Source: Hyaloraphidium curvatum SAG 235-1 (lineage: Eukaryota > Fungi > Monoblepharomycota). From it: 64,000 bases of DNA. The translations under genes and the position numbers were made by a program. The notes beneath the pieces were generated by a model. It worked only from the letters and a program-made list of their open reading frames with translations. It did not search any database and was not told the origin of the DNA. Position 1 is the first letter of the stretch, and every line of letters starts with the position of its first letter. Where the stretch lies: contig JAIVFI010000020.1 of NCBI GenBank assembly GCA_025558095.1, positions 496,001 through 560,000 on the forward strand. The letters are read 5' to 3'. This document shows positions 1 through 11,279 of the stretch, piece by piece.

Positions 1-573
1 TCTTCCAGATTGAACAAGTTGTCCCCTCCTCTGCGAAGCGATCGCTGGTGGTCCCGCTGAGCAATGGAAGTGCCGCCCACGTCCAAAACCACGGCCCACC
101 TGCTTCTCCCGAACAAAGCGCTCCATCATCTTTTCCTCCAGTGACATAGTCGGGTTGCTTTCGCCGAACCGGCGGTCCACGAACTGGCTGTCGCGCTTGC
201 CCTTCTTCAACTCGGGGAGGAGCGTCTTGACCCGCTTTTAGAGAAGCCATCAGACAAGCTGGAACATAGAGTCGAGCCCGAGACGCCGGACCTTTTCCTC
301 TCCCTTGACCTTGCTCACGCCGGGTCTGCCTTGGACACCGCGGGACTTGCGGCCCAGAACATCGTGCTTTTGCCGAGTGAACTTCAGCTCAAACGGGTTC
401 TCGCCCGCCACCGCAGACAGCTTCTGCTTCCGCTCGATCGTCTTTGCGGCCTGTTCGGCCGGAGCGGTCTTCCTCCGCTTGGCCTTGGGTCCGAGAATCC
501 CGACGTCGTGGAGGTTCCTCTTTAGCCGCTTCAGGGCACTTCCGCCCTTTCCCGCGGCCTGCTTTCCCTCCAT
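1..573 (-). CDS. NOP14: Nucleolar protein 14 (SSU processome), 5' part; continues beyond window start
   Basis: ATG 573. Spliced product NPFELKFTRQKHDVLGR...RVKTLLPE...FVDRRFGESNPTMSLEEKMMERFVREKQ matches the Nop14 N-terminus. GT-AG introns at about 235-291 and 57-99. Confidence 0.88.
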
Positions 574-724
574 GGCGGTCCCTTTGTAGGGTCAGCGCCG
601 GGAGAGTTGCAGGCTGGCAGCGCGATCCCGCAGCTGCTTTGTTTGGGTGTTTGCTGACGATCACGGAAGAGGAACGCGAGCCCGCGCATCAATTGCGGAA
701 AGGCTGGAGCGGACAAAGCTCTAT

Positions 725-2872
725 TTACAAGGCCCGTTTGACGGCGAGGTACAGGCGATCAAACTCGTCCCGATCGCGCACGACTCTGCTGGCCTTGTCG
801 TAGAGGGCCGCCGCCCGGGTCAGGTCCTTTGCGACGCCGAGCTCAAACTTGATGTAAGAGAGCCACACGCCATGGTCGGTCCTGAGGCTGTCCAGTGTAC
901 CTTCGAAGTAGCGCCGAAGCCGCGAAATGTCTCTCGGCGCGACGAATTCCGCGTCGTTCCAGTCGAACGCAGGGTCGATCGGGGACCCAGCGACCGACCC
1001 CGCAATCTCTCCCCGGAGGCACCGTTCGTAGAAGGCTGCGCTGCGGGTCTTGGTCCTGATCAAAGCGTCAACGACGCTCCTCAGCTTTTCCACACCGCCA
1101 GCGTCCCGAGCCCAATCCAAGTAGCGCGAGACGGCCAAGTCGTCCGAAGCAGTGCCCTGGAGCCCGTGCCGCCCGCACGCTTCCTTCATGGCAGCCTCGA
1201 CGTCCTCGTGGTCCACGTTCTCAGCGGCGGAGGTCAGCTTGTTTAGGTAAACCTCCCAGACGGGCCAGCTTTGCGCACGGTCGAGTTTCCGCAGTGCCGC
1301 CTTGAGCGAAGCCCGCCAGTCCTTGACGGAGCCACCAGACAGATCGGCCTCCATCCGCAGCTTCCAAAGTCCTGCGGCAGCCGGCAGCGCCGCGACGCCG
1401 CGGGCAACCACGTCGTCCGCCGACTCGTCCCCCTCGGAGAGGAGTGCGGTGTCGGCCGCCCATTCCGCATAGCCTTCCTCCGTCAGCATACTTGCCGCTT
1501 CCGCGGCACGGCATGCTCGCAAAAGAAGGATGTTCAGATAGCGTACGAGGTTGGGCTCGTCGGTCCTGGTCCGCATATCGCGGAGGAAACCGAAGAAGCG
1601 AGAGTACAGCTCGGCCGATGGCCGTTCTCGTATCGCCTCTTGGAAGACGGCGATGGATGCTCTGAGCTTCGAAGGAAAGGATTCGTTGTCGGTCGCGACG
1701 CCGAGCAGCTCGGATGCCGCGACGACCTCCACCGCTTCCGGATCTGCCCAGAAATCGCGGCGTACCGAGTCAAGAACCTCCTCCACACCGGACCGGAGGG
1801 AAGCAGACTGAAACAGCTCCAAGAAACGAGCCCTGAATTGCAGATCCCCAGGGATAGCTGGCAAGGCGGGCCGAGAAACGTCAGGGCGGCGGGACGGCGC
1901 CAGACAAGACACCTCACCACGAACGGCGTTCCGGTAGACAATCCTCGGAATCGCCCCGTCCAGCATTGCATTCTCCGTCACGGTTGGCGAGGAGGCGGCG
2001 CCGTCTTCCGCAAGAGCTTCCGTTTCGTTGTCGGCAGGACCGCTAGGTAGCTTGATAACGCCGTCGTCCGCATCCGATCCCGCGTCCTCATCGTCCGAGT
2101 CGGCGTCCTTCATGTCCTGGTCTCCATCACAAGCGCTCTCCCCGGCCGGAGGAGACTTCTTCCCAAACAGGATCTCCCTCCTTGCCCGGATCTTGTCCAG
2201 GAAACGCAGCTCCAGCTTGAAGTACTCGTGCCAAAGTTCGTGAAGTTCAGGGTTCATCCGGATGGCCCGCTGCAGCAGCACCCGCGCCGCACTGATGTTG
2301 GTGTTGGACTCGAGCTCCCACATGGCCGCCTTCACCCAGAAGACGGGCTTCGCCGGGTGCAGCTGCACCGCGCGGGCATACGCACGTCCGAGAGCCTTGT
2401 TGGCCCCGACGGACTCTGCCCAGTCCAGGTATTGCACCCAAAGGTCCACGTCGCCAGGGAACTTCTTCAGCGCCCGGGCAAAGATGAAGTGGATGCGTTG
2501 CCGGATCGAGTGGTCGCTGACGGAACCCTTCCACTGCGGCCGCTCCTTTTTCTTGCCCGTGCGCTCGTCCGTTGCGGCGAGGGCGGCCAGGATCCTCTCC
2601 TTCCGTTTCTTGCGGAGCTGCTCGAGGTTCGTCTCGTAGTCGATGTACCTCAAAAAGTCCGGCTTCTTCGATATCCGCCGGGCCAAAGCAAACTCGTGCT
2701 CCTTTCGCTTCTTCACGATGGCCTTTATCTCGGTCTGCCAGGCCACGGGCTGAGGGTGAGCGTTCGAGAGGGGCTGCGCGACTTGTCCAACCTTTGTGAA
2801 CAGCCCCTTCTGCAGCAGGTCGTCCAGCTCGGGCAGCATGGCCTCGAGCTGCACGTACGTATTGTCCCCCAT
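725..2872 (-). CDS. UTP6: U3 snoRNA-associated protein 6 (HAT repeats)
   Basis: MGDNTYVQLEAMLPELDDLLQKGLFT.EIKAIVKKR..HEF...DFLRYIDYETNLEQLRKKR is the Utp6 N-domain, followed by HAT repeats. Two short in-frame introns lie inside the ORF. Confidence 0.9.
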   Translation of the reverse strand: MGDNTYVQLEAMLPELDDLLQKGLFTKVGQVAQPLSNAHPQPVAWQTEIKAIVKKRKEHEFALARRISKKPDFLRYIDYETNLEQLRKKRKERILAALAATDERTGKKKERPQWKGSVSDHSIRQRIHFIFARALKKFPGDVDLWVQYLDWAESVGANKALGRAYARAVQLHPAKPVFWVKAAMWELESNTNISAARVLLQRAIRMNPELHELWHEYFKLELRFLDKIRARREILFGKKSPPAGESACDGDQDMKDADSDDEDAGSDADDGVIKLPSGPADNETEALAEDGAASSPTVTENAMLDGAIPRIVYRNAVRGEVSCLAPSRRPDVSRPALPAIPGDLQFRARFLELFQSASLRSGVEEVLDSVRRDFWADPEAVEVVAASELLGVATDNESFPSKLRASIAVFQEAIRERPSAELYSRFFGFLRDMRTRTDEPNLVRYLNILLLRACRAAEAASMLTEEGYAEWAADTALLSEGDESADDVVARGVAALPAAAGLWKLRMEADLSGGSVKDWRASLKAALRKLDRAQSWPVWEVYLNKLTSAAENVDHEDVEAAMKEACGRHGLQGTASDDLAVSRYLDWARDAGGVEKLRSVVDALIRTKTRSAAFYERCLRGEIAGSVAGSPIDPAFDWNDAEFVAPRDISRLRRYFEGTLDSLRTDHGVWLSYIKFELGVAKDLTRAAALYDKASRVVRDRDEFDRLYLAVKRAL

Positions 2873-3753
2873 GGCTGCAGATACGCTGGAATCCGCGCCA
2901 GCGCGCCAGAAAGAGCTTCGACGACGTTTGTTGTCTGTTGTTGGCCTCGCGCGCCGTATGCGCCGAACTTTCACAGCTCTTTTGAAGCGGACGCAGAAAG
3001 GACAGCGATGCCGGAGCCATGGCGTCCGCTGCAGTATACGCATCCGAGATCTATAATGTACACATTTCGGGAAGGTTGCCCGTTGGTTGGCTCTGGCGCC
3101 TCATTGTTCGCCTGTATCTCCCGTCCCCGTCCCACTCTCTGCCGTGGCTGCCCAGTGCGTGCTGGCAACCCGCGAATCGCGACATACATGTTGCAGATTG
3201 AGGGTTTCGGCGACAAGATCGGATCCCGATCAAGCCTCGGTCCGGCAATCGAATGTCGAAGAAGCCGTCGGAAGGATGGCGCCTCCCAACTTGCCGCCTC
3301 GCAACTCGGTCGGGAAAAACCATTCCATCCTTTCAACACCCCGCCGAGTCGCAACGGCCGCGAGGTCGGTATCGCGGGAACATCTTAGGATCATTGCACA
3401 TCAGACCGGCTGGGCCTCGAGGGCGCTGCCGCCGAGCGATGCGGGGCCTGGCGGCGTTTTCTGCCGTGATCCGCGGGCCGGCCGGAAGTCTTCCCCGGAC
3501 TGTGGACGGGCCTCAGAGTGGTCCACGGCAACTGGAAGACCCTCTCTCGGGCCCGAGATGTGCCCTGGCAGGGGCTTGCGGGCGTGGGGCAAGGGCTCGG
3601 TCCTGCTTCGTCGGCAGGGGTGTCCCGATTCCCGAGCCATGGCTAATCGGTTCCATCCCTTCACTCATTCGACGTCGCATCATCTTGGATCTCGCTCGCC
3701 GTTCGCCTGCGCACTGCCCTTTGGTTCCTCAAAACCAGGCGCTTGGTTGAACA

Positions 3754-5191
3754 ATGGTGAAGGACACGAAGCTGTACGATGTTCTCGAGGTCGCCGTCGG
3801 AGCGTCGGACAACGACATCAAGAAGGCGTACAGGAAGCTTGCCCTGAAATACGTTGGTTTTTGCGCATGCCACGGCGTCGGCTGTGTTCTGACCACGTGT
3901 GATCGCCGTGCAGCACCCCGACAAGAACCCGGACGCTGGCGAGAAGTTCAAGGAGATCTCCCACGCGTACGATGTCCTTTCTGACCCCAACAAGCGGGAA
4001 GCCTACGACAGATGTGGGTGAAACTCTGCGGTATCCCCGCGGGATCGCAGCTGACCGGGCCTCAGATGGCGAGGAGGGCATCGGCGGCGAAGGCGGCGGC
4101 ATGTCGCCCGAGGACCTCTTCTCGCACTTTTTCGGCGCCAACATCTTTGGCGGGCGCGGCCAGGGCCGCCAGAGCGGCCCGCGGAAGGGGAAGGACATGG
4201 CGCACGCGCTGAAGGTGTCCCTGGAAGATCTCTACCGCGGCAAGGTCTCCAAGCTCGCGCTGCAGAAGCAGATCATCTGCCCCAAGTGCGAGGGCAAGGG
4301 CGGGAAGGAGGGCGCGTCCAAGACGTGCCAGGGATGCCAGGGCCGCGGCATCAAGATCATCATGAGGCAGATTGGACCCATGATCCAGCAGCTGCAGCAG
4401 ACCTGCCCCGAATGCAACGGCGAGGGCGAGGTCATCAAGGAGAAGGACCGCTGCAAGAACTGCAACGGGAAGAAGGTCGTCCAGGAGCGCAAGGTCCGTA
4501 GTCCGGTCGAGCGCTGCCGGAATCGGGCCTGCTCTGATCCACGCCCACGCAGATCCTCGAGGTCCACATCGACAAGGGCATGCAGGATGGCCAGCGGATC
4601 ACCTTCTCGGGCGAGGCGGATCAGTCGCCCGGCATGGTTCCCGGCGACATCATCATCGTCATTGAGGAGAAGGAGCACCCCAGGTTCAAGCGGAGGGGCG
4701 ACGACCTGTACTACCAGGTCAAGATCGACCTCCTCACCGCGCTCGGCGGCGGACAGTTCAACATCCGCCACCTGGACGACCGGATGCTGGTCGTCAACAT
4801 CATCCCCGGCGAGATCATCAGGCCTGGTGGGTTCATCCCCGCGACCGGCGATGATCGGTTCATGACCTCCTCCTTTCTAGGCGACATCAAGGCCATCACG
4901 GGCGAGGGCATGCCCGTCTACCGGAACCCCTTCCACAAGGGCAACCTCTACGTCAAGTTCGAGGTCGAGTTCCCTCAAACCGGCTGGTTCACCCCGGAGC
5001 GCCTCCAGGCGCTCGAGGTGGGGCTGCCGCCGCGCCAGCCGCTCCAGGAGTCCATGGACGGGCTCGAGATCGAGGAGGTGGTGCTCTCGAACGTGGACCC
5101 TATGCAGCACGAGCGGTCGCAGTACAACGGCAACGCGACGGAGGACGACGACGAGAACGGCGGGCCGGGCGTGCAGTGCGCAAGCCAGTAG
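3754..5191 (+). CDS. YDJ1: Type I Hsp40/DnaJ co-chaperone (Ydj1/DNAJA)
   Basis: J-domain with HPD assembled across intron 3853-3913, G/F region, four CxxCxGxG motifs, C-terminal CaaX box CASQ; four introns. Confidence 0.95.
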
Positions 5192-5458
5192 GCCGCAGGC
5201 GCCGCTCGGACGGTTTCGGCCGGACGCTTTGGCTCGCAGCCCTCAAAAGACTCTCTGTCATGGCACGGATATGCTGTTTGTCACTGTAGATAACGGTGTA
5301 TGGGGGACATATAGAAGCAACGGTGCGCGTGGCATCGTGGAATCGTTTGGGCCGATTTCCTTCTGTTCAGAATGGAGGACGATACAAGACCTTGACAAAG
5401 CGACGGTCCCAGGAGGGAAAACATGCGCGCAGCCATTACGGACGCGCGGCTGCTGCGC

Positions 5459-6682
5459 TCAACCAGACATTTCGACGTCTTCGAAGCTCGCCTTGTAGCT
5501 TTGGTATTGCTCCGAGTTTCGCTTCAACTGCGCGGACGGATCAGGAGGGGGCCAGGAAGCGACCGCACACAAACACCCACGATGTCGCTGACGGGTCCGA
5601 GCAAGCGCGTGAAGGGCCGTTTGCCCATCGTTGCGCACTTCAGCTTCCCCTTTGCGATGATTGAGACCGCGCGAGGTTTGTTGGTGAGGAGAGCGAGCTC
5701 TGGCGCCGAAATCCCCGGTCAGCGCGAGGACGCGAGGCATCACGACAAAAAGACACCAACCTCCGAAATATGCTCCCTTTTTAAGTCCCGGCAGTTCGTT
5801 CTCGACGCCGCTTTCGTCGGCCTGGGCAGCAAAGCGTGAGCGCGGCCCTCCGCCAGCATAGGCAGCGCTGCCCACCTTGACGACCCGCGCCTCCCCGCTC
5901 TCGATTATGTAAAAGTTGTCGCCGACGTCCCCCTGCTTGATGACGACGGCGCCGTCCTCGAAGGTGACGCTCTCTAGCGCGTCCGCGATCTTGTGGCGCT
6001 CGTACGGCTCGAGGCTGGCGAGCAGCGGCACCTCCTCCAGGAACGCCTCGTACATGTTCCGTTTCCGGTTGGTCGTCTCCATCAGGATGCGGCGGAAGGT
6101 GACGCGGTCCAGGGCCCACACGACCGATTCGCTCGTGGCGCGCACGGTGGCGGCGCGGGGCGCGTTGTACATGAGCGCCAGCTCGCCGAACGACGCGCCG
6201 GAGCCGCAGCTGCCGACTTTGGCTGCCGGGGCGCCGTTGCGGGAGACCAGGAAGTCGAAGCCGCCCGACTCGACCACGTAGAAGTAGTCGCCCACGGCGC
6301 CCTGCACGATGATGTCCTGCGGGGGCGTCAGCGGGGCCAGCATGCCGCCGTGTGAATTTCGCACCTCGCCCGAGGCCACCTTGCGCTCTGCCATCGCGTT
6401 GACGACGTCCGTGTGCTGCTCCTCGTCGAGGCTCCGGAACAGGAAGTTGTTCTTGATGGACGCCTCGATGCGGCGGCGCTGCTCGTCGGACTTCGGCACG
6501 ACGACCTTCTCGTACGCCGCGCCGGCGGTCGGCGTGATCGACTCGGCGGAGACCGACGTGCGGCGCGCGCGCAGGAAGTTGGGCGGCGGCGCGGGCGGCA
6601 GGTCGCCCGCGTCCTCCTCGTCCGACGAGTCGTGCGCGTCCGACTGCCGCGCGTCGCCGGGCGGCGGCAGCACTTCGGCCAT
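5459..6682 (-). CDS. BCY1: cAMP-dependent protein kinase regulatory subunit
   Basis: Inhibitor site RRTSVSAES; two cNMP-binding domains (FGELALMYNAPRAAT; a second GELAL..PRAVSI after splicing); four short introns. Confidence 0.93.
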   Translation of the reverse strand: MAEVLPPPGDARQSDAHDSSDEEDAGDLPPAPPPNFLRARRTSVSAESITPTAGAAYEKVVVPKSDEQRRRIEASIKNNFLFRSLDEEQHTDVVNAMAERKVASGEVRNSHGGMLAPLTPPQDIIVQGAVGDYFYVVESGGFDFLVSRNGAPAAKVGSCGSGASFGELALMYNAPRAATVRATSESVVWALDRVTFRRILMETTNRKRNMYEAFLEEVPLLASLEPYERHKIADALESVTFEDGAVVIKQGDVGDNFYIIESGEARVVKVGSAAYAGGGPRSRFAAQADESGVENELPGLKKGAYFGGWCLFVVMPRVLALTGDFGARARSPHQQTSRGLNHRKGEAEVRNDGQTALHALARTRQRHRGCLCAVASWPPPDPSAQLKRNSEQYQSYKASFEDVEMSG

Positions 6683-6920
6683 GGCGGGCGCGGCGCGGAG
6701 GGGGGATGCGGCCGGGGACAGGGGTCTCGCGTCGAGGTCGGTGGCGGCGGCAGAGTCCCGGGACCGCACATCACGACGCAATGCCCAATGACTAACCCGG
6801 CGATCGGCCGAGCCAGCGTCTAATACGCATCTACATCTAATTCTAGTCGAATCCATTCATAGGTGCCGGTGCCAGGCAGCGGGATCCGCGAGCCCCGGAC
6901 CTGGCGTTGGAAGCCCATGG

Positions 6921-7060
6921 TCACGAGCTCAGAAAGCCCACAGACCTTCTGCTCCACGAGCCTGCGCGCCTTCCTTCCGATGGTATGGGTCGCGAGATCA
7001 GAAAAGCCCAAAGACCTTCTGCTGCGCGAGCCTGCGCGCCTTCTTCCGATGGTACGCGTC
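6921..7060. repeat. About 70-nt imperfect tandem duplication of the 3' end of the phospholipase gene
   Basis: Two copies of ...aaagccca.agaccttctgct..cgagcctgcgcgcctt..ttccgatggta about 70 nt apart. Confidence 0.8.
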
Positions 7061-9523
7061 GCGGATCGCCGATCGCAGGGCATCGAGTGCCTGGGGCGAG
7101 CCCACGTTCCGCCTGCCGTTGTTCCAAAGGAGCTCGAACGACAGGAAATTATACTGAAAGGCAAAGGTGCTCGCGTCCGGGCTCGTCGCGGGGTCGAACT
7201 CGTCAAACTCCCAGCCGGGAGTCTTTACCGAGGGCAGGTAGACGACCTCCGGGGCGTCCGAAGCCGTTGGGTCCTTGGGGCGGAACCGGGTGACCACGTC
7301 CGAGGTGAAGACCGATTTCGGGATCTCCTCCGGCAGCTCCGGGAATTTGAGTCCTTGCTCCTTGGCAAACGCCTCGGCAAGCCGGAGGTTAGCCTCCAAA
7401 CCCGGCTCGCGGCTGTTCTCCAGGGCGACCATCACATCGACCTGCATCACCCGTCAGTTGTCGCCGATCTCGCAACTCAATCACTCCCACCTTTCTCGCG
7501 GGATGCATCATGGCCGCGAAAGGGATGTTGTCTGCCCCAGGCGCAGAACGTCAGCTGCAGTCAAGGAAACGTGGCGACTCAGCTACGCACCCCACATCCC
7601 TGCGTCCATGATCGCGATGTTCTCGTCCCCCGCCACGTCGTCCGCTGGCTCGCCCTCCTTCTGGGGCTTCCGGAAGAACGGGTTGCGGACCTTGGCGGGC
7701 TCCACGACGTGCATGGATCCCTTCTCGGCCAGGATGCTGTCGAGCTGGGTCTTGATCATCGTGGGGAGGGAGCTCTCGAAGTTTTCGAACACGGCGGTGA
7801 CGTTGGCTGGCCAGAACCGTGAGAGGGGCTTCGAGCCCACGCTGCAGCGCGCCTACCGGTAAAGGCCGACGAGCAGATCCCGAGGATCGTGGCGAAGCTA
7901 ATCTCTGCCCGCTTGTCCAGCTCCTTGTCGTCCTCGAAGCGCCTGCCAAAGCCCCAGGTGGGAACGTAGTTGCCGCCTCCGAGAGTCGTGCCGAACTCGA
8001 AAGCGGTGAACTCGTACTGAGCGCGGCATTCAGGTGCTTGCGTCGGGCACGGCATGAAATCGACCTACCGGCAACCACTTGATGACGGCAGGAACGACCG
8101 CGGGCGCGGCGAGGGCACCGTTTGTCTCTGCGGCAGGCACGAGCGCCGTCTCCGGCGCCTTCCCATCCACGACGGCAGGTGTCAGCTCGGTGGCCTTGCC
8201 CGCATTCGCCGGATCCGGCTCGGCGGGCTCGGCCGGCTTCCCCGGGGTCACGATGTCCCTCACAACCTGGAAGATGGGCATCGGCCGGGTCCCGTCCTGC
8301 TTCTGCAGCGACAGCTTCCTCAGGCGGAGCTTCCCGAAGTAGGGATCCGCGTCCGCGTCCGTCGGTACAACAAGCTTCCTGAGCGCGGGGTTCTCCCCGA
8401 ACAGCGCGCCCGCGATGAGCGCGCTCCACAGGTCCACGGGGCCGAGGGTGTCCTCCGGGATCAGGAACTTCTCCACGATCGGGTTCCCGCACAGGATTTC
8501 CACCCATGCTTTGGCCAGCCACGGGCTAAAGGAGACCATCCCCTGCGACAGCACGTGCCCCAACTGAACTCTCATCCGGTCAAAGTCGTAGTCGTTTGCG
8601 ACGCACGCGGCAATGGCCCACGTGCTCCCCGACACGCCGGCCAGGTAGGTCGCGCAGTCGAGGACGCCCAGCTCCGAAAAGCGCGAAAAAGCCCCGGCCG
8701 AGTAGGTCATGGCCCGGCAGCCGCCCCCGCTCCCCCCGATCGCCACGATCGGCACGTCCTCCGGGTTGTCGATCTTCTCCCCGATGAAGGCCTCGATCGC
8801 GCGGTGCGTCAGCGGGAGGCGGTCCTTCCGGAACTGCTGCTCGGCCTCGCAGAGTTCCAGGCCCCGCCGGATGCTCGCCTCCCACTCCAGTTCGGGGAAA
8901 TACTTGGGGTCGCGCATGACGGCCATGGCTTTGGCAACTATGGGGGGCGTGAAAGCAGAGGACGCGTCGAGAACGAACCGCTTCCGCGCGGCCTCGAAGC
9001 TTTCGGGGCTCAACCACGAGGAGAGGGACGAAGTGGTCCTCTCGACCGCGGGCTTGGCCGCCGGCTCCGCCGCAGGCACCAGCGCAGTCTCGCCCTCGGC
9101 CGATTTTCCATCCTCCGGCTTTCCATCCGCGGCCTTGCCTTCCGTTTTGGGTTTTGGCGCCGCCTTTGCCGCGAACTGCGCGCTGTGCTCGTCCATGGCC
9201 TTCTTCAGGTCCTCGATCCCCCTGGACAGAAAGTCTATGATCGAAGGCGACGTCTCCGCGGCCGCTTTGGTATCGTCCCCGCGCTCGGAATCGCTCCAGA
9301 AGGAGGCCTCGCTCGGCCGCCGCTCGTCGATGCCCTTCTGGGGGGCCGCCTGGAGCGGGGAGAGCGAGTCGCCGCCGTTGGAGGTGGAAAACATCGCGAT
9401 GCGGGGCGCGTGCGGGGGTCCGGAAGGCACGATGACGCGCGATGCGCGGGCAAAGGGCGCTTTGACGCGGCGGGCGGTTCCGGTGCAGCCTGTCGCTCTG
9501 GGCCGGAGCAGGTGCCTGATCAT
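6998..9523 (-). CDS. Cytosolic phospholipase A2 / lysophospholipase (PLA2c family), possible mitochondrial presequence
   Basis: GSGGGCRAM oxyanion motif, catalytic GVSGSTW, YEFTAFEFG, MDAG catalytic Asp; Arg-rich, acid-free N-terminus; introns near 8020-8075, 7815-7860 and 7530-7600. Confidence 0.85.
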
Positions 9524-9675
9524 GCCCCGACGGCAAAGCAACCGGGAGCGCTAGCGATTGCTTCGCCCAGAGGCTGGCTCGAAATGCTCCTTTGCGGGCG
9601 GCGCCGTCGGCGTGGGAAAGACGTTGTAGCCGCCCGAACCGCCGATCGATCAACATCACCGGCCATCGCTAAAAT

Positions 9676-11199
9676 TCATTCGTGGATGACCTCCGTTACA
9701 TGCTTCGCGGACGTAGCATCGTAAAGAGGTGTCACCGGTATCGGTTTCCGGCCGGCCGAGCCGGGTTCCGCCGTTGCTGCACCGACCGGGCCCTCGACCG
9801 CCGCCTCCTCGATCGACCAAAGTTCATCGCCTGCCGCCAGGATCAGCCACAGGAAGAAAACCTCCCCGATCGCACCTACCAAGCTCGTTCACCGCCAAGC
9901 TGTCCAGCCTGGGCTCGTCCGAGACCTTGTACGACTCGCAAAAGACCAACACGGGGACGCCGAAAGAGCTCGCGAGGGCCGACACGAAGCCGTGCCCCGA
10001 CCGCGAGACCACGGCCCCGTTGGATGCCAGCTCCGACGCGCCAAAGAGGCACTTGGATGCGGAGCGCAGGACGGGGACGAGCCCCGTGGGGAGGACGTAG
10101 ACGACGGAGACGCCGAGGGCTGCCAGAGCAGAGGCGGTTTCCCGGCCTGTCGCGGTGTCAAGAAAGTAGGAGCGGAGCACCGGGACCGGACCCACCTTCA
10201 AGCAAAGGTCTGCCGTCAACGACGATGACCTCGAACTGCTTCCCGCTCCGGGCCGCCATCCTCAGGCCCGCGAGAACGCAGCTGCTCAGCCCGAAGACCA
10301 CGATCCTGTCGCCATCGGCGACCTTCGAGGCCACTTTGGAAGCCAAAACGTCCGACGCCTCCGATATCCGCTTCATGGCGAAGTCGTGCAAGCTGCGCGA
10401 AAGAGCTTCCTTGGCCTAGAACGCGGAAAGCCGTGAGTTTCGCGAAAGTGCAAAGTCTGGTTGATCACCCAACCGTCCTGTCGTCCGCGTCCGGACCTAC
10501 TCGGCCAATCTCCTCCTTCAGATGAGCAACCACGCTCTTCATCGACTGCGGAAACGGTCTACACCGCGCCAGGTAGTCCAATTGTCGTTCCACATGTTCC
10601 GACAGCGCCCGCACGGAGAATGGTTGGTCTCCCGGGGGCGTGTAGTCCTCAATCACGCTCCTAAGGCAAACGACGAGCCCTCTGGCCCTCGCATTCCCCC
10701 CTCTGAGCCTGTACGACGAGTACCGCAGGCCAAGCTGCTGCACCTCCGGGTCGATGCCCGAAACAGACGGCGGACCGGCGTTCTTCGCAGCCGGCCGCAG
10801 GTGCTCGAAAAAGTCCAGGTGCTGTCTCCGTGCTGGCTGTCCGACGGCCGGCCTGGCGGGCGGCCGGGCCTCGCCCGCCGCGGGCGTCTCCGCGGGGGCC
10901 GGGGCCGGTCTGGCGGCGGGGGGTTTCGACGCCGCGGGCTTCGGGGCGTCCTTCTTTTGCGCGGGGGCCACCGGCTTCGGCTTCGCGGCCGCATCGCCGC
11001 CGGTGGCCTTTGCAGCGGCCTTTGCGGCCTTCTGCTGCTCCTGAATGAATGGCGGGGTGAGAAAAGCGGCATCCCCGGCCGGCGGGCCCACCTGCAGCTC
11101 CCTGCGCTCCGCCTTTGACATGTCGCGCTGCGCCTTCTTGACGGGCGCGGCATCGCTCGGCGGTTTCGCCGCCGTCGATTCGCCGTTCGCCGCCGACAT
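9676..11199 (-). CDS. GCD2: Translation initiation factor eIF2B delta subunit
   Basis: SKAERRELQEQQKAAKAA N-terminal motif, GGNARA, VVDGRPLLEG, LASNGAVVSRSG, VFCESYK, LYDAT...VIHE; several introns. Confidence 0.88.
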
Positions 11200-11279
11200 C
11201 TCTGTTGTGTGGACGCGTTTCCTGCTCGGCGGGGCGGAGTCGCTCCATCACCCGCGGTTGAAGCGTCGACGCGCTCACG

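Noticed and set aside
3043-3753. Heat-shock elements upstream of YDJ1
   Set aside because: No clear array of three nGAAn units was found by eye.
725-6856. Stop-free in-frame introns in UTP6 and PKA-R as regulated intron retention
   Set aside because: Short GC-rich introns are often stop-free and one third are 3n by chance; no transcript evidence.
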